From positions 140,988,001 to 141,052,000 of the forward strand of contig OX597817.1 in the NCBI GenBank assembly GCA_951406725.2: a stretch of 64,000 nucleotides of DNA, given 5' to 3'. The translations under genes were made by a program, and so were the position numbers. The notes beneath the pieces are model-generated. The model did not search any database and had not been told where the DNA came from. It saw only the letters and a list, made by a program, of their open reading frames with translations. Shown here piece by piece: positions 38,721-52,195 of the stretch. Within the stretch, counting starts at the first letter, position 1. The number at the start of each line of letters is the position of its first letter. This stretch comes from Octopus vulgaris. Lineage: Eukaryota.

Positions 38721-40193
38721 CAAATATTCCTCATATATTCCTTATCAATTTGGTTCTTTTATATTATTCTCTCCTCTATCAGTAAACTCACATTCCTTTC
38801 CATCACTGTCGTTGAAAACAAATAAAGGTGACAAATAATAGAGAGGACTTTTTTTAGTTTTGCCAAGGACATGACAACCTCTGTTATGCTGGTGCCACAA
38901 TGAAATATGCTCAGTAAGACCTGTAAAGTGGTTAGTGATAAGGACATCTAGTTGTAGAAACCATGTCAAAATTGGAACATGTAAGTGAGCTGTGGTTCCA
39001 GCCCACCTGAAACTTAATAACTGAGACAACCATGCCAGCTTTGAAAAACAGATGTAAAATGGTGGTGGTGGTGGTGGTGATGACATGCACACACATGTAT
39101 GCATATAAATATACAGACACACACACATTTATATACACACATATACAGGCAAGTTTCCTAACTATATGATCTCAAGTTCAATCTCACTGTGTGGAACCTT
39201 GGGTAACTTTGTCCTACTATAGCCCTAGGACTTGTGAGTAAATTTCAGAGAGAAAGGCTAAAAGAAGCCAAACGTGTATGTGTGTGCAAGAATATGAATG
39301 CATTTATTACTGTCTCCATGCCTTGACTGTGTCATCATCATCATCGTTTAACGTCTGCTTTTCATGCTAGCATGGGTTGGACGATTTTGACTGAGGGCTG
39401 GCGAACCAGATGGCTGCACCAGGCTCCAATCTTGATCTGGCAGAGTTTTTACAGCTGGATGCCCTTCCTAACGCCAACCAGTCCGAGAGTGTAGTGGGTG
39501 CTTTTTACGTGCCACCGGCACAGGGGTCAGTCAGGCAGTACTGGCAATGACCTCGCTCGAATCTTTTTACACGTGCCACCAGCACAGGTGCCAGTGAAGC
39601 GACGTTGGTAACAACCATGTGTCATCATTATGCAAGTAGTACCCCATAAAAGTATGTCTGATCATAGAGAAATATTACCTTACTTGGAAACAGGCACATC
39701 TAACCATAGACAAGACTTCAACCAATTCCATCCAAGCCATATGAGCATGGAAAAATTGACATTATGATGATTTGTGTGTACATGTGTGTATGTGCACGCC
39801 CTTGTTATGACAAAAGAACACACAGAGAAATATTACCTTACCTGGAAGCAGGTGAGGGCTGGCAACATAAAAGGCATGAGTCCATAGAAAATCTGCCTCA
39901 AATTCCATCTGATCCATGGAAGCATGGGAAAGTGGATATCAAATGATGATGATATTCAAACACAGATGTAGATGAACAAAGAGATAAAAAGTAGTTCATA
40001 CACACACACATATACCCACAAATAAACATATTTAGATGTACAAAGAAAAGAAAAAAGTCCACAACTACTTAGAATATATTCATTTCTTGCAAGCTTTAGC
40101 ATTGACACAGCAAACAGCAATGATGCTGAAAGTAATTAAGCTAGAATTAGGTTATAAAAGTGAATTCAGACAACAATATGTTTTGATACTTAC

Positions 40194-40295
40194 AAATAGT
40201 TCTTGATTAGCATGACTAGCAATATTGTCACGGTGCTCCCAAACCTCCAGAATCCAATCCACTTTCATAATCGGGATACCCATGGTGACAGAAAA
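40194..40295 (-). CDS. ECT2: ECT2 exon (end of BRCT1)
   Basis: FSVTMGIPIMKVDWILEVWEHRDNIASHANQELF (G.PIM...W BRCT helix); tgtag acceptor, gtaagt donor; 102 nt. Confidence 0.93.
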
Positions 40296-40951
40296 CTACA
40301 TCAGATTAGAAAAGGAACTCATTAATATCTTTTCATGACATATCAAAAACAAAATACTCTCCACCTCCACATCTATAAACACACACACACACACATGCAT
40401 GCATATATTACAATTGGTTTTTATCATGGTTAGGAATGAAGCTGACCTCTGTCAACTGATACAGTTGACACATTCCAAGACAAAGTCTTCAGCAGATATC
40501 TTTTATACAAACAATGATGTTGTTCTGCAAAGATTTTTTTTTTCTCAACAACTGCAGCCATTCGTTAAATAATTATACTTACACACACACACATACATAC
40601 ATATGGCTACTTAGCTCGTTCTTGTTTAAATTATGCAAATTACTTAGACCATAAATGTGTTCTCTATTTTGTTTAAGTCTAAGACTCATGGTTACTGGAG
40701 ATAACATCAAAAAATTGCCATGATGATAGCAGCAATTGAGCCAGAAACACATGTCCATGACATTTTCTTTAATGGCATGCCAATTTTGGAGAATTTTTGA
40801 TGCTTGAAATCATCTCTCTTCTCAAGTGGAGCTGGTCCTGCTTGCCACATCAAAACATTATGTTGCTTGGTATTTGATATACCTGCACTCATCTTTAAAT
40901 ATGTACTATTGACCACACTCAGTTATTTCCCTTAGTTCATTTTTTGTGCAC

Positions 40952-40989
<38 letters not shown>

Positions 40990-41389
40990 CTAGCAGTATC
41001 GCCCGGCGTTGCTCGGGTTTGTAAGAGAAATAACTATATAAGCATTTTTAGAGATGTAAAGTATAATAGCCATCTCAATATGGCTAACCACAAAGGGGGG
41101 CTGTTACTGTAGCTTTTTACATTCTGAGATTTAATAATACATTTTTATAGAGTTACTTCCCTTATATAAACCAAGCGAAAATGCATTAAAAATGCGGAAA
41201 AATTATGGTAAATTTTTTTTTAAATCGTAGACTCATCGTAGACATGCGCTAATACCCAGAAGGGCTCGATATAAATCACGACTATAAGATACCCGCTTTT
41301 GGTTAAGCTGCACCGCAAAATGTGGGAGTAGTTAGGAATCTAAATCGTAGGAGACAGACACCACACAACCTCACTTTTATATATATAGA
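40990..41389 (-). mobile_element. Complete 400-bp non-autonomous Helitron inside (TA)n
   Basis: Minus strand A|TCTATATATATAAAA...CCCGAGCAACGCCGGG hairpin...CTAG|T. Confidence 0.85.
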
Positions 41390-41771
41390 TATATATATAT
41401 ATATATATATATATCATCATCATTTAACGTCCGTTTTCTATGCTAGCATGGGTTGGACGGTTTGACCTGGGTCTGGGAAGCCACGGAGGCTGCACCAGGC
41501 TCTAGTCTGATTTGGCAGTGTTTCTACAGCTAGATGCCCTTCATAACGCCAACCACTCTGTGAGTGTAGTGGGTGTTTTTTACGTGCCACCAGCACAGGG
41601 GCCAGAGCAGGCTGGCAAACGGCCAATATCGGTTGGTGCTTTTACGTGTCACCGACACGGACGCCAGTCAGGCGGCGCTGGCATCTGTGCTTTTTACGTG
41701 TCACTGGCACGGGTGTCTTAACTACAATTTCCATTTGAATTTTTATTTTGATGTTGATGTACTTGACTCAA

Positions 41772-41810
<39 letters not shown>

Positions 41811-42190
41811 ACCATGTGCTGGTGGCACATAAAAAGCACCTTTCGAGCATGATCGTTGCCAGCATCGCCTTAATGGCACATGTGCCACTAGCACGTGAAA
41901 AACAACATTTGAGCATGGTCATTGCCAGTGCCGCCGGATTGGCTCCCGTGCAGGTGACATGTAAAAAAACACCTTTTGAGCATGGTCGTTGCCAGTACCG
42001 TCTGACTGGCCCTTGTGCCAGTGGCACATAAAAGCACCCACTACTTTCAGTTGGCATTAGGAAGGGCATCAAGCTGTAGAAACTTTGCCAGATCAGATTG
42101 AGCATGGTGCAGCCTTCTGGCTTGCCAGCTCTCAGTCAAACCGTCCAACCCATACTAGCATGGGAAGCGAACATTAAACGATGATGATGA

Positions 42191-42244
<54 letters not shown>

Positions 42245-42245
<1 letters not shown>

Positions 42246-42700
42246 CTAAGTAATAGAGGAAAATGGAGAAACTGACATATAGATATCAATTTATTTGAAC
42301 ATATTCAATTCTGTACAATATCAAATTTCTTGCCCCTAAAGCTGTTTCCATGCCCAATTAATTCAATTTGAGAAATTAAATTAATTAAAATTTTCATATT
42401 GAATATCATTAATTGGGTATCTCTTCAGCAACCGATGTTTTGGTTGCTAAAACACACATATCTGAGGCAATCAAGGGTCGCCCAACACATTAAGTGTAGC
42501 TCCTTTTTTTATTGAATCCTTCCCCTGAAGAAATACCCAAAATTTGAATTAATTTAATTCCTCAAATTGAATTAATTGGTCATGGAAACAGCTGTAGGAG
42601 CAAGGAAGTTAATATTGTACAGAATTAAATATGTTCAAATAAACTGATGTCTATACATCAGTTTCTCCATTTTCTTTTTCTATCACTCAAGTAATTTATA
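42245..42700. mobile_element. Penelope-type inverted pseudo-LTR pair with a hammerhead core in each arm
   Basis: Arms at about 42250-42428 and 42525-42692 are reverse complements; plus strand CTGAAGA (42525)...GAAACAGCTGTA (42585-42596), then AATAAA. Confidence 0.75.
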
Positions 42701-43942
42701 CCCAAATCCATCAATGCGAAACTAACATCTTCAGTTTTTCACTTACACTGGATAAAACCAGCAAACTTGGATGCTGACATCCCTTCAAGAGGATTTTATA
42801 TCCTTGATTATATTGAATATATATAACAAATAGTGAGGACTTATCAATCTGGGCAAAATACTTCACAAGCTCTCTTTTGGCACACAAGGCTAACAATATT
42901 ATTTAGATTAGTGAAGAACTCCAGGTAATCTTTTGGTAGGGACCAAGGTTATGGTTCGTCACAATTCTATATTGTAAATCCGTGGATTAACTCCAGACAA
43001 ACTGGTTTTTACACAGAGTGATTCTTTTATTCCTTTATCTGTTTCAGTCATTTGACTGTGGCCATGCTGGAGCACTACCTTTAGTCAGGCAAATCGACCC
43101 TAGGATTTATTCTTTGTAAGCCTAGTACTTATTCTCTCACTCTCTTATGCCAAACAGCTAGGTTTCAGGGATGTAAACACACCAGCATCAGTTGTCAAGC
43201 AACGTTGGGGGTAACAAACACAGACGCACAAACATATACATACACACACACACATATATATATATATATACATACGATGGGCTTCTTTCACTTTCTGTCT
43301 ACCAAATTCACTCACAAGGACATTGCATTGCCAAAATTTGGGAGAGGGACAGTCATAAAACATTAGTGTTTGTAGTCAGGTCAACACACATTACCATATT
43401 AGCATTGTATAGATAATCTCTAGCCATTGTGTTGAAATTTGGGTCTTTCTGGTTATCTCACCCCCATTAAAAAATTGGGTTATCTCCCTCTATTTCACGA
43501 GAAATATCGGTACTTTTAGTTATCTCACAGCTAAAAATAAAATTGTTTAACTCTCAATAAAACAGAAAATTTTTTTTAATTATTAAACACTAACACTATG
43601 ACCCAGCAACGCCAGGTCATAGTGCTACTGCATGCATATACAGCTGCGTGCGTGCGTGTGCACATACACGCGGGTACTGTGCAAATCTCCGACCAATCAC
43701 ATACAGCTAGCTGGCATTCAATTCACAAAAATGTCACTTCTATTGATTTTTTAATGACTTTGCGGGGTGACTGGGGAAATGTAAAGATGTGCATGACCAC
43801 CCTTGGACGGTTTTGAATGACCATAGAACCATAAGAGGGTAAGGGTCGCAATAATACTGGAATGAAAATTAAAGGATTACAAAGATTAAAATCTATTCTA
43901 TTTTATTTTATTCTTTTGTGTGTGTGTGTATATATATATATA

Positions 43943-44335
43943 GGCGTAGGAGTAGCTGTGTGGTAAGTAGCTTGCTTACGAACTACATGGTTCCGGGTTC
44001 AGTCCCACTGCATGGCACCTTGGGCAAGTGTCTTCTACTATAGCCTCGTGCCAACCAAAGCCTTGTGAGTGGATTTGGTAGACGGAAACTGAAAGAAGCA
44101 CGTCGTATATATATGTATGTGTGTGTATATGTTTATGTGTCTGTGTTTGTCCCTCCAACATCACTTGACAACCAATGCTGGTGTGTGTACGTCCCCGTAA
44201 CTTAGCAGTTCAGCAAAAGAGACCGATAGAATAAGTACTAGGCTCACAAAGAATAAGTTCTGAGGTCGATGTGCTCAACTAAAGGCGATGCTCCAGCATG
44301 GCCACAGTCAAATGACTGAAAAAAGTAAAAGAGTA
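43943..44335 (+). mobile_element. Full-length tRNA-derived SINE; other copies at about 4590-4925, 13820-14000, 24270-24610(-), 43025-43320(-), 50240-50550, 52940-53950 (interrupted) and 61483-61855
   Basis: A/B-box-like head (gctgtgtggtaag...ggttcagtccc), caccttgggcaag core and a shared 3' end; many copies in the window. Confidence 0.85.
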
Positions 44336-44388
<53 letters not shown>

Positions 44389-45194
44389 CAGGATGTGTGT
44401 GTTTGTGTGTATGTGATTGTAGTTTATGCACATCCACAATTTAGCACGCAAGTGTGCAAGAGAGCAGGAGAGAGATGGTGGTAAGTGGCAGGGCATACCA
44501 TTGAGGTATGGAAGTCCTAATAGAAGTGGCAGGACATTGCCAAAGAAGCGCGAGTGGAGAGTGGAGGAGGGAAATGCGTTGAGTGGTGAAAACCTCAGTA
44601 TATAGAAGGGGGGGGGATAGCAACGATACAGTGAACAAGGCCATGGGGTGTGAGAGGTAAGCATAGAGTGTGAAAGAGGAGATGTGAGGAAGAGATGTAA
44701 ATTGGTTTTTCAGGGTAGGGTGTGTGTGTGGTTTGTTGATGTAGGATGGGTGAAAAGTTTTCTTGTTACGTGTGCTGGTGGCACGTGAAACATTTGAGCG
44801 AGGTCGTCGCCAGTGCTGCTGGACTGGCTCCTGTGCAGGTGGCACATAAAAAGCACCATTTGGGCGTAGCTGTTGCCAGTACCACCAAACTGACCCTCGT
44901 GCCGGTGGCACATAAAAGCACCCACTACACTCTCGGGGTGGTTGGCATTAGGAAGGGCATCCAGCTGTAGAAACTCTGCCAGATCAGATTGGAGTCTGTT
45001 TCGCCAGACCTCAGTCGAATCGTCCAACCCATGCTAGCATGGAAAGCGGACGTTAAATGATGATGATGATGATGATGTGTGGGTGGAACACAAGCTGCAA
45101 TAGACTAGGTCAGATGGGATTCAATAATCTAGCGCCTTTAACTTCACAAACATTCTGCCTTGTATATTAGCAACAGAGACAGTATTGATAACGA

Positions 45195-45885
45195 GACGTA
45201 GTATCTATCCCTACATAAATGTGGATGTTCTGTTAGAACAAACTTTAGTGTGATAATTGCCATGAGAGAAACCCTCACATTGGCTTTTTGGTACAAAATG
45301 CATACAAGTGGGGAGATAAACCCAGCGCCAAGACCACCAATGCCTGTTCTAGCACTGTGTCTCTATATACCACTGGCAAGGAGATAAATTATTGCCGTCT
45401 CCAGCAGCTGAGTGTCTATCAGTGACAAGATCAAACAAAGTCAAAATCATGTGATCTGGTGGTCTCGGCACTGGAGCTAGTGGGGATTTATCTCCCCACA
45501 AGCTATATAAACAAGAGTTTATATAGCTCTTATAGGGCATCAAGCTGGCAGAACCGTTAGCACGCCGGGCGAAAGGCATAGCCATATTTCGTCTGCCGTT
45601 ATGTTCTGTGTTCAAATTCCGCTGAGGTCAACTTTGCCTTTCATCCTTTCGGGGTCGATAAATTAAGTACCAGTTACGCACTGGGGTCGATATAATTGAC
45701 TTAATTCGTTTGTCTGTCCTTGTTTGTCCCCTCTATGTTTAGCCCCTTGTGGGTAATAAAGAAACATATATAAACAAGAGTGCATTTTGCACCAAAAAGC
45801 CAACATGAGAGTTTCTATCATGGAAAGCTACCACAGTTTGTTCTAATAGAACATCCATGTTTAAGTAGAGATAAATATTACCATT
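45195..45885. mobile_element. Fold-back/MITE-like element (outer arms about 45195-45305 and 45780-45885) containing a tRNA SINE at about 45537-45765
   Basis: ggatgttctgttagaacaaac pairs with gtttgttctaatagaacatcc, ttggctttttggtacaaaatgca with tgcattttgcaccaaaaagccaa; the SINE carries gcctttcatcctttcggggtcgataaa (Nin/Deu-like domain). Confidence 0.7.
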
Positions 45886-47246
45886 CTGCCTTGTGGTTAC
45901 ATTATAAGGAACTATTCCTGTAGTAGTACAAGAGTCAAACATCTTAGAGAAGAACATAGTTATATTAATTCCAACACTTGACTGGTAGTTATTTTATCAA
46001 TGCCATAAAGATGAAAGCCCCAACATCAACTTGGCATCATAAAAAAAACACCAAGAAATGCCATGATGTATTTTATTCAGCAGTGTACCAATTCTGCTAT
46101 CTACTGGCATTATAATAATAATTCTAATAATAATAGCAATTTATGCTGATCTATGTTGTACCAAGATAAAATAGTTTTTAACAAAATAATGTAATATAGA
46201 CATTTTAACATCATGGCTATTCTGGTATTAACTGATTGATGTTTGTAGTCATTAAATTAAAAACAAAACTAAAACAGCATAAAAAACATTGCTGCATATA
46301 TTGATGATAATAACTGTGATTATCATCATCATCATCATCATCGTTGTTAATTAATCGAATTGTCTATTCTGAAATAATTTACAGCCAAGAAATACAAGAT
46401 TGCTTTATTATTATCATCATCATCGTTATTATTTATATGCCTCATCAAAAAAAATTATTTAATGACAAACTTAGAATAAATAAGTAGAAAAGAATCAGAT
46501 AATTCAACCACACACACACACACACACTTGCTTTATTTATATGCTATTCACAGATACTCAGCAATGTTTCATATTAAACCAAAGCCTCGTCTTTTGTTCT
46601 TTAATCTGCAAATCACATGCATCTGATTTATGTAAAAAGCTGGTATCACATTTCGGACAGAACTTGCTATCAATAGAATCCATTTTTAAGATCAACCTAC
46701 AGCTTTCCTTATCAAACAACAGACAGGTTTTGTTTACTTTCGCTATGTTTTTTTTTTTTTCTTATTTTTCTGTCTGGTCAATACCGTGAAACAGGTGGAA
46801 TGGTAGACAAAAATGAGTAGGAATGAGGTAAGGTTACTTCATTTCACCCCATAAAAATAAAGCACTACCTTCTTTAAATATCACTTTAAACAAAAAAAAA
46901 AAAGGACATCATGTCATGTGGTAAATTTTACAAGAGGTGAGTCACCTCACTCTCTCATATATTCTTGCAGCTCTCATCCATACTCATTGTCCCTCTGTCA
47001 CCATTCACTTCCACTCACCTTGAGGGGCTACCCAGAACCTCATCACCATTATCTCGTTCCAACTCCACCTGATCATTCTCACCCTTTCTTCTAAAGATAA
47101 GGTCCTCTACAGCAAGTAATCTGCACTGGCTCCTTCACTCATACTTGAACCTCTTATCTTCTCGCATAAAGTCACCCTGTCCCATCAGGGTTTATATTCT
47201 TTCAGGCTGTATGGCAACCTCGCTAGTGCTGGTGGCATGAAGAAAG

Positions 47247-47712
47247 TGTAGGCAACCGTAGTTGAATCCATGCCCGACCGTGGAGGGGGGTCATCTGGAG
47301 TTATCTCCCCTGGTCACATCGTTAACGAGGTGGTGCTCGTGAGAGAGGGATAAAGAGACAGGCAGAGCCAAGAAAGGCCTCTTTGCTCACCAAGCAGCTT
47401 GCTGCTAACTGCATCGTCTCCCTCTCTGCTACTAGACTACCTGCGCCGATTTGAATTGAGTGGAATCCACTATGCCAGTCATGGAAGGCAGCAAGACGAA
47501 AACTTTTTCTTATTCAACTTCATTCTGTTCTGTAAAATGTTGAATATTCAAGCTGCGTACGAATACTCTCCTCCCGGATTGGAATAAACATACCATGTAC
47601 ACAAAGGCCTCAAAAACTCATGCGAATTGTTGTTTTTCATTGGATTGACTCTTACAGCTATCAGACGATTACTGGATATTTTATTAAATTAGTGGGCTTT
47701 AAGCTCACTAAA
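47247..47712 (+). mobile_element. Putative solo LTR inserted in a Meta-domain repeat
   Basis: Begins TGTAGG, AATAAA at about 47583, interrupts the gtggcatg...aaaagcatcc module; right end degenerate. Confidence 0.55.
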
Positions 47713-47799
47713 AAAGCATCCAGAACAATCTGTAGTGGTTGGTGCTAGGAAGTACATCCAGCTGTAGAAACCCTGCCAAAGCAGACACTGGAGTCGGTC

Positions 47800-48165
47800 T
47801 GTAGCAAGACATGATAGCACTATTTCGTTGTGGTGACATAGCACAGTCATGCTATGCCCAAAACATCTAATCGCTGCTGGCCGCCGAGGGAAACACATGA
47901 CCCAGCAGTGAAGCGCAAGTTTTGTGAGGTAATAATCAGTTCCTGAGAAGGCATCGAGATGTAAACGCATCAGTTGTTCATCATCCAGACGACAAAGACG
48001 TTGCTGAATTGATGCCGAGGAGAAAACAGCATCCATACGACTATGGGATCTCTACCCTTGCCTCACAACCACTAGAGAAACTCATTGGATATTTTAGATT
48101 TGCAGCCAAGCACCGGATCTAACTACCTTGATGTTTATTAAGAAATTTACTCATGCCTTGCTACA
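47800..48165. mobile_element. Putative solo LTR (second family)
   Basis: TGTAGCAAGACATGA...TCATGCCTTGCTACA: TG...CA ends with 14/15-bp inverted termini; no clear TSD. Confidence 0.5.
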
Positions 48166-48413
48166 CCCTATTTGCCTTGAACACTTGTCTCTGATGTGCC
48201 TACTGCTTCATGTGCGATCAAGGAAAAAATTATTATGTTTGTTAACAAAAAAAAAAAAACATTGCCTTCTGATATTTACCATTGCCTTCAAGTATAAAAC
48301 ATACATTTATACATTTCAAACCTTCTTACATGCACACATCTAAATAGACTTTCTAAAGAGGTACTCTTGTTACAGGTCAAAACATACAACACATACCAAC
48401 ATGGACATTAAAG

Positions 48414-48656
48414 GAGGAGGGGTGGAGGAGAAGGACAAGGACAAGGAGGAGGGCAAGGAGGAGGAGGAGGGTGGAGGACAAAGAGGAGGAGTGGAGGAAG
48501 AGGGGAGGGGCAAAGAGGGGAAAATGGGGAGGAGGAGAGGAGGGGGAAGGGGTGGGTGGAGGATGGGAGGAGGAGGCGGATGGGGAGGAGGGGTGGGAGG
48601 AGGAGGAGGGTGGGGTGGGAGGAGGAGGAGGGTGGGGTGGGAGGAGGAGGAGGAGT
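48414..48656 (+). repeat. G/A-rich low-complexity tract (GGA/GGG runs)
   Basis: Directly visible and almost pyrimidine-free. Confidence 0.9.
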
Positions 48657-50572
48657 TGACAAACCTTTACTTTTACCTGTAAACTAGAACAGGGACTTTG
48701 CAGAGAAGACTTTTAGAGAGAGTCAAAGGGTAGTGTTGTTTTTTCCCCCCTCAACTGTCCCCTTCTATTTAGCGTACCCAGTTTTATTTTATATTTACAT
48801 AATGTATATATAGCATTTATTTGTCATGAAGATGCAAAATTGCTACCTGAGCCATTAGAAAATCAGTAGAAATGTCCTGCAGCAGTTGTAGCAGTGTAGC
48901 AACTCTCTGCACTCTAAGTTCAAATTCAACCAAGATCAACTTTGCCTTTTATCATTTTAGGCTAACTGTAAAAAAAGTGGACCAATCCAGAGTGATGGAT
49001 TGGTGGAACTGATGCAGGGTGAGACAAGATACCTTGCCTAATCTTCTCTGGGATTTTGTGTTCTGACGACAATGCCTGCAACCATTCTGGTGCCAGTCTA
49101 CAGCAGTCTTTTTTTTTCGGGTTCCTTGGACATCATTGATAGCAGAGAGAGAGAGAGAAGACAACTGGTTGGTCTTTCACAGGAGTTTTGCCTACATCTA
49201 TTTCTTAGAGAGGAACTTTCTCAGTATAGGAACCCAATATCAGCCATCATCAAAAAGGACCCTTGATATTTCAGTCATACTTTATCCATTGTGGCTTTGT
49301 GTCCCATGAGGCACAAAGAAAATAAATAACAATGGTTTCAAATTCTGACAAAATGTTAGCAATTTCGAGGGGAGGTATTAGTAAATAACACAAAGCCCAC
49401 TGCTTAATTGCTACTTATTTTATCAAATGTTAAAGGATGAAAAGCCAAGCTGACCTTGATGAAATTTGAACTCAGAAAATAAAAAAAGACAAAGAATGCC
49501 AATGATTCAGCCAACTCACAAAAAGAAAGAAGAATATATGAGGACTAACATAACTTCATGAAGGTAAATATGCAATGAGAGAAGAATGTGATTTATAATA
49601 AACCCAAACGAACTTTGTTTATGCATAATATCACAACAATATGTTTGTCTTAGTCAAGTTCAAAATAAAACAAATAAAGAAACATGAGAAATATATGAAG
49701 AACCTAAATCAATGTATAAGTTTCATTTGTTTCGTAACTGGTTAAAACAATAATAATAATAATCCTTTCTACTGTAGGCACAAGATCAGATATTTTGGGT
49801 GGGAAAAGCTAAGCAATTACATCAACTCCCAGTGCTTAACTAGTACTTATGTTAACAATTCTGCCAGCTTGAATCTTTTATACATGCCACCGGCACAGGT
49901 GCCAGTTAGGCGAGTTGGTAACGATCACGCTCGAATAGTGCCCTTTTACGTGCCACTGGCACGGAAGCCAATTGGCAGCTCTGGCAATGATCACGCTCGG
50001 ATAGTGCTCTTGGCACCCTACTAGTATGGGCACAAGTGCCAGTAAGGCGATGCTGGTAACAATCACACTCAAATGGTGCCCTTTTATGTGCCACTGGCAC
50101 AGAAGCCGGTTAGCCACTCTGTCAACGATCATACTCATATGGTGCTCTTTGCACCTCGCTAGCACGGATGTCAGTCATCGAATTTGATTTTGATTCAAAT
50201 GTTTTTTCATGTGCCACCAGACATATAAAAAGCAAACGAAGCAGGCATGGCTGTGCTTTGCAATGAAATGGTTTTGTGTTTGATCCTACTGTCTGACACC
50301 ATTGACTATATCCCTGAGCATGAGTGTCTTTGTTGTGTGCATGAGTGTCTTTGCATTTTTGTTTGTGCCCCCACCCCCCACTTGACAACCAGTATTGGTT
50401 TGTCATCATCCCACATAACTTAGTTGTCCAGCAAAAGAAATAAATTGAATTAGAAAAATACTGGGGTTGCTTTGTGAGATTAAACCTTCTGAGGTAGTGT
50501 CCCAGCATGGCCACTGTCCAATGACAGAAACAAGTAAAATGTAAAAGAGATAAAATGGGATTCAATACATAC

Positions 50573-50680
50573 ACGGTATTTATCGTTTCCACAACAATTG
50601 GCAACCAAGTGAGTTACTTTGGGTGAGATTTCTTTCTTTACCATTCCATACATGTGATGGACTACATCTGTTAGCTTTAA
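50573..50680 (-). CDS. ECT2: ECT2 exon (BRCT1)
   Basis: LKLTDVVHHMYGMVKKEISPKVTHLVANCCGNDKYR with the VTHLVAN BRCT motif; ttgcag acceptor, gtatgt donor; 108 nt. Confidence 0.95.
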
Positions 50681-50869
50681 CTGCAACAACAAAGAAAACA
50701 ATGAACAATAAATAGCAAAACATAAAACCAGAATATTTGGAGAATTAAAAACTACCATATTTGAGGACATTAATAAAACACAGAGGCATATTAGTCATAT
50801 CCCAATTTCAGCAGCACATATTCAAGAAAAATGATTTTAGTGCATTAAAGCAAGTAACATAGGTTGATC

Positions 50870-52195
50870 ATGGTGATATTTTGAGACATTTTGGTGGGAG
50901 CACCTGGCTAACTGGGCTGAGAATGGGGTATATGCAGAATGGGGTAGCAGTTGGGTGTTGTGTTTGTGTTGAGATGGCAATAATCTCTACAAGGTTGCCA
51001 ACTTCCATTGGGTTTTGGTGCCACATGTAAAGGTGATGACCAAGGACTGCTTGATCAATGAACAATGCCCAAAGCTTCCATATTGTCAAACTGAGCCCCT
51101 TGCAATAGCAAGTTCGTTTGGTAGTAGACAGCATGCATGGCTGTGCACTGTAGGGCCAGTAGTGGGGATGTGGTGTTTCACTCCATGCTGGGTTGTGGGT
51201 TTGGAGAATATCAGGGTAGTGAGATTCAGGCAGCTGACCAGGAGATTCGAGAATTCATTGTTGGTCTGAGAGACAGCTGCTATGCGAGGGGCAGCATGTG
51301 CAGATGTTGCAAGAGAAACAAAGGCATAAGTGTTGCTGTTGACGAGTCATCTTCCCTGAAGATTGGCCGGCAGTGAGTATGCCTGAAGAAAGTCTGCTCC
51401 AGCAATAGGCTGATGGACATCAGCAACCGCGAATACTCAAGTGTAAGCTTGTGAACCGATGTGAAGGGAGAGATTGCAGCATCTGTATACTTCGATTGTG
51501 AAACCATTGGCAGCCACTAAAAATTGGTTTCGCTCTCTGTAATGGCGGTCCCTTGCAGATGCTGCTCCTGTTTCAATTAGGAATATTCATCCAGAGCTCC
51601 AATCGTGGACATACAGGAGCAGTTGATCATGTTTGCCAGCTACCAGCTATGGTGTTTCCCAGGGCCAATGACAAAAGGCTTTTGAAGCTACATGGCTGCT
51701 TACACTTGGAAGCCCCAAACTTTGTGATAGAAACACAAATTGGTTCATGCAACTTCATCATGTCTTGGTGGGGAGCCACCTTATGGCACTGATTTTAACC
51801 CTGCTAAACAAAAAATGCTTTTCAGCCACTTTTACTATCATAGGTCCTTGATCTCAGTTTATGAGAAACTGGACCTAGTGTGGTAATTTATGGAGGATAT
51901 TTCCCTAAACAAAGTGACTCACCACCAGAGGGCATTAATGCCAGCATCCTGTTCATTAGTTCGGAAGGCTTGGAATTGCCAAATCCTTCTGCATCCAGTA
52001 TTCTAGCTGATGCTCCCCAGTCACTAAGCTGGAATCTTTCCACGAGTCTCTCTTTTAAAGTGGCATATGTGTGATTAGCGCAAGTTGTCAGGTTAGGATG
52101 TCTATCACCCTAGTTGTGGTGCTCTCATCCAGTGCTGCTGTTACATATGAATATTTTGTCAGGTTCAAGGTGATTTTCCTGATGTTGAACTGTTC
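50870..52195 (-). mobile_element. Decayed Gypsy-like gag-protease region
   Basis: Minus-strand QFNIRKIT...TKYSYVTAALDES...YATLKERL (gag) and LLYVHD...FLIETGAAS (degenerate DTGA protease motif); stops present. Confidence 0.7.

Noticed and set aside
43943-44020. tRNA genes (also at about 62415 and 16570)
   Set aside because: These are heads of multicopy SINEs without a complete cloverleaf
46558-46683. 41-aa minus-strand CxxC ORF (MDSIDSKFCPKCD...) as an alternative ECT2 exon or micropeptide
   Set aside because: The stop precedes the only nearby donor; no recognisable homology; length compatible with chance
48401-48682. Gly/Glu- or Pro-rich ORFs
   Set aside because: Translations of a low-complexity purine tract
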